A stretch of DNA of 64,000 nt. It comes from Macrostomum lignano (Eukaryota). Location: the NCBI GenBank assembly GCA_002269645.1, contig NIVC01002183.1, positions 124,001 through 188,000 on the forward strand, read 5' to 3'. The position numbers and the translations under genes were made by a program. The notes under the pieces are model-generated. The model ran no database searches. It was given only the letters and a program-made list of their open reading frames with translations, and was not told where the DNA came from. Shown piece after piece: positions 53,352-64,000 of the stretch. Every line of letters begins with the position of its first letter. Position 1 is the stretch's first letter.

Positions 53352-54044
53352 ACTCAAGTAGCCTTTGTATTCGTATAAAACATTTGTATTTCGTTCTTTG
53401 TATCCCATTCGTTAACTTCAATTTTTTCATGCACATTTGCGTTAACTGACTGGCTTAAACTAAAAAACTTCATTTGTTTTCAAAAATGCTTTTGTCTTTC
53501 CCTAATGCTATACATGCATAATATTTATTTTTGTGAAATAATCTTTGTATACATGAAAAGTTGATACGACCTTGTGACCTTGTGCATAAAAATACACGTG
53601 CATGCCACTATTAACAAGTTTTAAAACCAAGCCACATTTTTTGTTCAAAGTTTTCATTTCCCATCCGTGTAAATAAATGTCATACCTTTTTAATCTGGAT
53701 CAAAATCTAAATATAAAATTAACACTTTACTCGATGCACAAATAAATCCAATAAACTCTAATACAGACACGCCTAATTGAAAGTAGCTTGTTCATGAAAT
53801 AGGCGAGTGAACCATCTAGTGTTTATATTATCTAGCTCGTATGGTCGTAACTAAGGAGAAGAATCTAGGCTACTCTACTCTAGGCTAGACCAAGCGCCAA
53901 ACTCAAGGTCAAGTTTTAAAGAAATCCCCCATATTCTATGTGCCAAAGTCAGCCATCTGACGCGCCCTGCTTTAACTGACTTTGCTTGCGGGGTCGCGTA
54001 TTTTGTTGTTGTTTGTTGTCAGTAGAACATAAAAACGGAGCACA

Positions 54045-54560
54045 ATGAAAAGACAAGCTCTTACACTTGTTTCTTCTGCGCTACTAAATGTCACTGCTAC
54101 ACATATGTCAGCAAAAGACTACGAAGACATTCTTCTCGATGCCCTTGCAGGGACATTCGTCTGCCATTTTGTCGAAGGGCCAAACGCCTGTATGCCAGAA
54201 ACGACGAGCAAAGGCCTGGGAGATCGTGCCTGCTCTGGCCAATGAGCAGTGCAAGACTAGCTACCCTTTTGAAAAGTTACAAAAAAGTTGAAAGAACATC
54301 TTGCAGCGAATCAAGGAGAAAAACGTACAGAAAACCGGTGACGGACCGCCGCCTGAAAATGTCGTCTACTGACTTGAAGGTGCTGCAAAAAATTGGCAAC
54401 GACAATCCACGAGTGACGCCATTGTCTGCTGACTTGAGCATTGGCGTGGCAGAGGAAGCCAGCTCGAGACCACCATTTCCGTCTGTGACATCAGCAAACC
54501 TAGTGGATTGCTCCGCGTCACAAATTAGCCTGAGCTCGCGATTGAATGCTCGCTGTCAAC
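54045..54560 (+). pseudogene. Harbinger Myb/SANT-like gene, degenerate
   Basis: RAKAWEIV...LQKS*KNILQRIKEKNVQKTGDGPPP. Confidence 0.7.
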
Positions 54561-55250
54561 CTTCTTGATTTTGATACGGAGTGAGCGTAAAAGTCGTAAT
54601 CAGAGTCACCAACTAGATGTCCATGCCACTCGGATTCTAGTAGAGAAAACGGTACATCCAGCTGCTCCGGAATATTTTAGAATCATGAGCAGAACCTGGG
54701 CCACATAGCGGAAACTTCGAAGAAACATGTAACTAGCATGGAAAACAGCCTGGACATTGATTGAATGAAAGCCTTTGCGACTGATAAACTCGTCTGGAAA
54801 ACGATCATTCGGAGGTCGCCGAATTCACACATGCGTGCAGTCAATAGTGCCGATAACGTCGGGCAGTTCACTTATCAGACTGAAGGAATTCGAAACTTGA
54901 CCTCGCTCAAGCACCGAATCAGGGAAGGCGATGTTGTTCAGCCTCAAGTGCAAAGCACATACGACGTCCCTATAGCAACGGGACATAGTACTCTGGTTAA
55001 TGCCTCCGAGGGCTGCTAGGTTTTGTTGAAACGAACCAGTTCCTAAATACGACAGCGTCAGGCACAACTGCAGCGTTGGTGATAAACTCTTATTCCTAGA
55101 GGGCTCTCTCTGTGGGTCGGTTTCAATCAAATCAACACAAGGGAAATCAGCGATATCGGCTCAAATCTGAAAAGTCTCTTGACATATCAAAGTCCGAAAA
55201 CTGTTGCAGTGGTTCGATCTAGACGATCTTGAAGCACTTGAAGATGATGT
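54560..55250 (-). pseudogene. Harbinger transposase fragment
   Basis: LQLCLTLSYLGTGSFQ, INQSTMSRC, VIGTIDCTHV, RKGFHSINVQ. Confidence 0.88.
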
Positions 55251-55419
55251 CTAAGATCACTCTGCATTAATCCGAGAGCCACCACAATATGAACTGAAGC
55301 CCTGATCATTGAGCGGCAGAGAGGTGCGATTGACAGGTTTTGAGAAGCTTGATAGGGCATTTAATTGGTGGGAACGTGGATTTTAAATCGATTGTCCTGT
55401 TCTGTTTTGTTCTAAATTT

Positions 55420-55791
55420 GGGGTCGCTTCACAAGCTCGAAATTTCACAACCTCGAAAAGCACTTCCTTTCACAAACCCGAAACTTCATGAGCTCGAAAT
55501 TTCACAACCTCGAAAACCATTCTAGCAGCCCACTTTCACAAACTCGAAACTTCATAAGCTCGAAATTTCATATCCTCGAAAATTTTAGCAAGCGACTTCA
55601 CAAGCTCGAAATTTCACAACCTCAAAAACCATTTTAGCAGCCGACTTCACAAGCTCGAAATTTCATATCCTCAAAAATTTTAGCAAGCGACTGCTGTATA
55701 CGTTTACTTTAGTCGTCCTTGTGTGTAACCACCGTAAGTGGACACTTATTGTCTATGTGCAACAACTTACGAAGCTCATGAAAACTCGACC
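55420..55791. mobile_element. Harbinger-type MITE with subterminal (TTCACAAGCTCGAAATTTCA) repeats
   Basis: GGGGTCGCTTCACAAGC start, repeat array 55428-55700, weak inverted end at 55771-55791. Confidence 0.5.
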
Positions 55792-58648
55792 TGAGATCCC
55801 TACTGTGTATTCAATAATGCACACTTAATTATCCTATATCAATCCTGCGCATGTTTTCATTTAATTTTCTCCGTTAAGTTTACACAAAATATTTCTGTTC
55901 AGTCTGAACCTGAATGTATATTTTTGAGAATACATGTTCACCAAATATTTAACTTTCCTGTAATGCCGACAAATCATTTTTAAATTGAGGACATAGAAAT
56001 TACGAGTAACTTCTCTGTCTTAAAAATTCAAATGCACGAAAAAGCTCAAAAACACTTACCGCTCAGAAACCAGCCGAGCTTGCGCGAATTCTATGCAAAG
56101 TTAAAGATTACCAATTGCTATACATTGTTACGTACATGTAGTGTAATCTCTGAAGAGCTAATAGGAAAAATCGAAAGCTTATTTTGCTTCTGTGATGCTG
56201 ATATAGCCTCAGGGACTGTCACTGATTAATATTTGTCCTTATGAATTGGCCTACCCTGTTTAGAACTCTCAGGAAAATTTATCCTGTAATTTCAGACTGG
56301 ATCGTGCTAAAGTCTTTGGGTTGCTATCAGTTTTAAGACTGAATTTTATCGATCGATATCTAACCACCGTTTGGCGCATGCAAAGCTCAATATAGTCTAT
56401 GGCCATCGTATGCAAGTTTGATTCAAACCGCGCTCTAACATAGATTTTGACCATAGACACTGACAGAATCTACATGTATATATCAATCAATTACAGTCAT
56501 CGAGCGTACATGCTCAGTATTTATATAGCCGCCGTGTCCCAAAAAAGCTTACCATTTTAATTGACACATGTTTCGGCTCACATGCCCTGATATCTAGCTA
56601 AGCTACATACTGTGATAAATACAATATAAATATATTGCATGCACGATAAGCAATTATTTAGGCCCTAGACAAACCTATTTTTGGAGCGTTCAGAGATTTT
56701 AAAGCTATTGGCCCTAATTGCCTATCGCCGGTCGGCGAGTCCTACCAGTCTTTCTCCAATAGCCGCAGGTACAGCACAAGAAAATAAAGAACACGAGGGA
56801 ACACAAACCGAAAGATTTAGAGAGTGATAATCCTATGTGATACAAACTGATAATTGGCTAGACGATTTAATTTGATACTTCAAGTTACAAGATTTAAATT
56901 CAAAGCGGCGCAGATAACTAGAGTTGACAAAACGACGATAACGGTTAATAATAATAATTAGATTACGCAACTGGCAAGCAGATCTCAGCTGAGAAGAAGA
57001 GGAAGGAGGCACCGAACACAGGACCACGGAGAAAGACTCCTAACCCCTGGCCTAAGCCAGAACCTACACTCAAACGAGAGCCCTGCCGAATCGACCGTTC
57101 AACCGAGTACCGACTAAGTTCTATCGGCACTGCCCTTCAGTGTGACACTGAGGCCCTCGGGATCGAGGCCGCGTACTTGATCAGATCCGACTGTCTCTAT
57201 CTAACCGCGCTTAATAGCGACGACGCCAGACAAGGATGCCGAATCGTTACGCTATAAGACTGAAGCGTTCGGGCGGGGGACAAAAACACGGACCGGGGGT
57301 GACGAAATCAAAACGTCTCAAAGCGCGAACCAAAGGGAAACAGGCCACCGGCCGGGAAGCTGGACAAGACAAAACCGGGGAAAGAGAAGGCGAGATCCGA
57401 CCGCCAAAACACACTTTCATATATAGTCAAAGTCAAACCCTCACAACCCCTCAAAACCCCCCTCAAGCCGGGTGGTGGTCGTCTGGCCGGCCGCTTGCTT
57501 AAGCCGAATTGCACTGTGCCCGCGGCGCCGGGTAGAACTGGAACTTGCCGCGTGCCAGGGTCCAGGCCGGTTCTGATTGGCTGACTGCGCAAAGCTGGGG
57601 TTCGCAGACAAACTCAACCCTCCGCTGAGTCACAGTTGGCGTCTGACTTCTAACCTGTTTACGCAAAATTGATTCTAACTAACAAGGAAAAAGTACACCA
57701 AAAACGTATGACTAAACTAAAGCAAAATAACAATTCAATAACAATAATGCAAAACCTAACTAATAGAATACAAGGCTGTCGCAAAAGATGCTCACACTAC
57801 AATACCGAAAGGAAACCTGTGTAAAAACCTGTAAATTCTAAAAACCGCATTTGATTTAGGAGAGCAATCCGAAATTGATGCTGTCATGGTCTTTATTTTA
57901 AACCTTTTTTCTGCCGGATCCTATCTGAAAAATGTTTTATTAGTAGCTATAGTGACAAAACGGCTAAGAGGATAGATGTTAGCTAATGTACCTGTATTGT
58001 AAATATATTCTTTCTGGAGAAATTGCACGTATAACGTATATTTCTACATGTATATCTTAATTACCTTTCTACATATTAATATAGTACATCACCCTTAAAA
58101 CTTCAGTTGTACTTATTTCATATACAAATACAGTAGCGTGTCGAAAAACTTTCCCAGGGCAGCAGTGACGCGACCAGAAGTTTGGAGAGAGCTGATCTTG
58201 GTGCAATGCATGTGATGGGCCATAATGCAGTGAAAATCCTGGAAATGTGGAAGCTAGGTAGGCCAGTTTGGCAAAAATTCTGTTGCTTCCTTAAAGTTCT
58301 TCTGGGTCTGTAAAATGTGAAAGGCTTTGCAGACAACTTCGGGCAGTAATATTGAACAACTAATACTGCATCTATTTGATAATAACAATTCAATTTACAT
58401 TTCGTCTATCGCAGTCACCTTCGCCTTCTTAATCAGCTTGCTTTACTCGCCATGAGACAATTATGGTTTAATATAGCTTTCAATCCCCCCATAAGATTTA
58501 AATCTAAATAATACACATAAGCTCTTCTTTGTAACCAATATTTTTTGTTTAAAATTAACTAAAGGTTCATAGAAAACAGTGCTAATATTTTGAGGCGGCC
58601 CGGCGGAGAAAAGAAAATGGGATTTAAAAATTTAGTTAGTTGGTCGGT

Positions 58649-59002
58649 CGTTGCGTTCGCACGAATAAATCCGGAAAATCGCGCAGACGAATCGCAACGT
58701 TATTTTCTCCTGTTTTACTCCGGCTGCAGGGATCCTCAAATTCCGGGGGGAGGGTATAGTCGTAATCGTAGCTGAGCGGTGGTTTAGCGGCACGGTCGAA
58801 TTCAAATGGTAGATACCGAAGATTCTGACACCGTAAATTAATGCGTCGATTTGTTGAGCTGATTACTATCAGTAGGGTAGAGCTGCCACCACCGTAATTC
58901 TCGTATTATACGGAACGAATAAGTCTCAGAGCTTTCTTTGAGATGAGAACTTTGAGTTGTTTTACGTCCCACGGACAAATAACTCAAAATAGGCTATGGC
59001 TT
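58649..59002 (-). repeat. LTR-like segment, copy 1
   Basis: Roughly 85% identical by eye to 59994-60340. Confidence 0.65.
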
Positions 59003-59942
59003 AAAGATTTACGTAAATATTGGAGACAAAGATGTATTAATGGTTTATTAACTGTTTGGCGGTTAAAGCTGAATAAAGTGTAGCAGGTCAGGTTAACTAG
59101 GAAATAATATTGTGTTACTAAATGTACGACTGAGACTGACTTTGCGGGCGCCGAGGAGCTAAACTACAATAACAAAATTAAGGCTTACAATTTAAAAGCT
59201 TCGCAGTCGGAATAAATAAGCTTAGTCGAGCAAGATAATGAGAGTAGGCTAGCTAAGTAAGCAAAATGAAACGCAAAGCGCAAACGATTGAGGGAGAAGA
59301 GACGAGGGTTTTAAACACGCAAAAGTGGGAGATTAGATAGTGCAGAGCAGCCAGCGATCCAACAGGTGGGGGCAGACGCTGGACATTGTGGTGGGCACGA
59401 ATGAACACAGTGTGGGCGAAAGGGCAAAAATTCTGGGGAAACAACGAAAATTAACAAAAGATCCTTAGAGGGGACGTTAGTGGGTCAGAACATGGAAAAC
59501 AGAGAAAGTCGCACTTGGACAGGCAAAGATGTTCCACGCTGGGGATAAACTGACGTCAGGCGGTCAGAGCACGGACGACTTGTCATGCAAAAATTAATTC
59601 AGCTAAAATTAATTAAGTCACAAATTTCAAGTGGCAACTCGCCTGCACAGTTTCGAAAGCAAACAGTGCTCAGGTTTTTTAATTTATTATTGTGGATTTG
59701 GTAATATAATTTTGCCGCTCTAATAAAAACTTATTGTGCGACGTTTTTTCAGTATGCCTAAGGATGCACGCAAATTCAGCGACAAACAAATTCAGCGACA
59801 GAGATTCACAATGGACTAATTCGGCGAAAGCGAATTCGGCGACACGTCTTTTTATAGCTAGCCTAAAGACAAGTTAAAGCAAATGAGGTGGGGGCGAAGA
59901 AAGAAAATTAAACTTGGGGTTTGACTTGAAATCGGTCGGTTG

Positions 59943-60340
59943 CTGACACCATGAATGAGGTGGGAGCGGATTCCACGTTTGAATTCCTGCCGGCGTTGCG
60001 TTCGCACGAATAAATCCGGAGATGTCGCGCAGACGAATCACAACGAAATTCTTTCTCCTGTTTTACTCCGACTGCCGGGATCCTCGAATTCCGGGGGAGG
60101 GTAGTCGTACCGTAGCGGAGCGGTCGTGTAGCGGCGCGGTCGTTCAAATGGTAGACACCGAGATTTTGACACCGTAGATTAATGCGTCGATTTGCTGAGC
60201 TTGTTACTTTCAGTAAGGGTAGAGCTGCCACCACCGTAATTTATGTATCACGGAACGAATAAGTCTCAGAACTTTCTTTAATTGAGAACTTTGATTGTTT
60301 TACGCCCCGTGGGCAAATAACTCAAGATATGCTATGGCTT
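59943..60340 (-). repeat. LTR-like segment, copy 2, with PBS-like TGGTGTCAG
   Basis: On the minus strand ...CA is followed by TGGTGTCAG (59943-59951), resembling a tRNA-Leu PBS. Confidence 0.6.
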
Positions 60341-60469
60341 GTGGATCAACGAATAAATAGGATGTAGCTTTTATTTATTATTTATTATTATTATTATTAT
60401 TTAATATTATTATTTTTATTTTTATTTATTATTTATTATTTATTGTCAGTTATTAATTATTAGCAGGCA

Positions 60470-62580
<2,111 letters not shown>

Positions 62581-64000
62581 TAATTATTAGCAGGCAGGTT
62601 AAAATAGTTAGTTAGTCGATCGAGATAAATTTGCTGCGGCACCGGGGTGCCAAATCATAAAAGAAGTTCACTAATTGATAAACTTATTAAGCTTGGTTAT
62701 CAGGCGAAGCAAGATAGATAGCGAGAGCAAACAAAATAAATGTGTGCGAGAATCAGCAAGTTAAACGGAGCAGAGGATAAAAGAAAGGGCAAGGAAGGTA
62801 ACAGAATTAGCTCATGAAAACAGGGGATTAAATAGGGGCAGCGAGCAATTCCGCGGGTGGGAGCAACTGCTGGATGCAACAGTGGGCACCTATGGGCATA
62901 GCATGGACAAAAGAAAAACCGGGAGCATAAGTGCAACTTAACAAAGTTCTGCAAAAAGGATAATAACAGCCAATTCGCATGGAGCACGTGGTGGAACAAT
63001 GCCTGGACAAGCAGAAGCAAACCACACTAGGGATCGCTGCTGGCGGCGGCGGCGCTGCTCAGCGAGGTGCCCACTCGCTGAGCCAGGCTAGCTGTGTTTT
63101 GTTAAATTGGACATCCCGCGTCTTGAGAAATGTGAGTGGTGAATGAGGGCCACTTGACATATTTTTATTTTGTTATTTTTATTTGCATAGCATATTTTTG
63201 CGAATTCCTTCCCCGACATTGTAAACAATGGAAAGACCTAATTAGGCATAGGAGAAAACCATTTTTCTCGTTTTTTCCAAGTCCCAAAGGTTTTTGCTTA
63301 CGAGGTCGCTCAGCCTGAAATTAACGAACATTTCTTGGAAAGGACTTAAAACTGAATAAGAATAAATGATAGATAAAACAAACTCAGTTAAAAATGGAGA
63401 GCTAATCTGCATTATAGAATACGATTCTACAAAAGGAATTATTCAAATCATACGCAATTGTTTTTGCTTCATTAATTCTCGGCGAATTTGCCTAGATTGT
63501 CGCCGAATTTGCTTTCGCCGAATTAGGCCTAGTCGATTATGAATCTCTGTCGCCGAATTTGTTTGTCGCCGAACTGGTCAGCACCCATGCCTAAAACACA
63601 CTGCTAGTTTAACAATGTGTGGGTTTCAGCAAAAAAAGATATTCAGAGTTCAGACAGACACTTAAATTAAAAACAAATTAAAATATATTAGATAAGAATA
63701 TTAGATCTTAATTTTGAAAAGTTTATATTGACAATCTTTTTAAAAATATTCTATTGAAGAACTACTGAATAGGCCTATTTTAACATTGAAAATTGACTAT
63801 TGAAATTCCATTGAAAATCGATTAGTAAACTAGGCCTATTCTACAAATTACCATATCTAATTATAATAATAATTGGTTTGTGTAAGGCCTACTCAGATCT
63901 TAAGGATTAATAAAGGCAAGCCAATGGTTAATAATCAATATCCAATGATACAATTAAGAAGGCAAGGGGCTGCCAAGTAGGGGGAACCTAGAAAAAATCA

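Noticed and set aside
56700-57720. Possible LTR/leader of another retroelement
   Set aside because: No paired LTR, PBS or coding motif could be identified, so it is left unassigned.
58649-60340. A single small LTR element (TRIM-like) with two LTRs
   Set aside because: A TSD-bounded MITE end at 59762 separates the copies, and their divergence is high.

Overview
Eukaryotic (invertebrate-like) DNA with two sharply different domains. (1) ~1-13 kb: host genes on the minus strand. A TTC28-like TPR gene has small exons separated by introns that each carry their own expanded micro/minisatellite. There is also a candidate Ser-rich terminal exon and a tRNA-derived SINE. This style resembles simple-repeat-rich flatworm genomes such as Macrostomum, but the species is an inference only. 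(2) ~13.6-64 kb: an almost continuous mosaic of transposon pieces: about 10 Crypton-type tyrosine-recombinase loci of three subfamilies (one intact ORF, 36051-37442), plus Harbinger, P/THAP, mariner/maT/IS630-like, piggyBac, Merlin-like, Gypsy and RNase H-bearing LINE pieces. Three signals stand out. First, the 8-mer CCATAGAC/GTCTATGG occurs at least 39 times between 13.9 and 56.5 kb (about 1.3 expected by chance). It sits about 30-190 bp upstream of the start of 15 TE genes from five unrelated superfamilies and also at Crypton ends. Second, 24 of 26 single-direction TE pieces point the same way (+), antisense to the host genes, as expected for a uni-strand piRNA-cluster-like trap or an orientation-specific recombinase array. 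Third, a 6.9-kb unit with perfect Harbinger TIRs and a CAG TSD encloses two tyrosine-recombinase genes. All calls come from manual reading and no searches were run. Coordinates of degenerate pieces are approximate.
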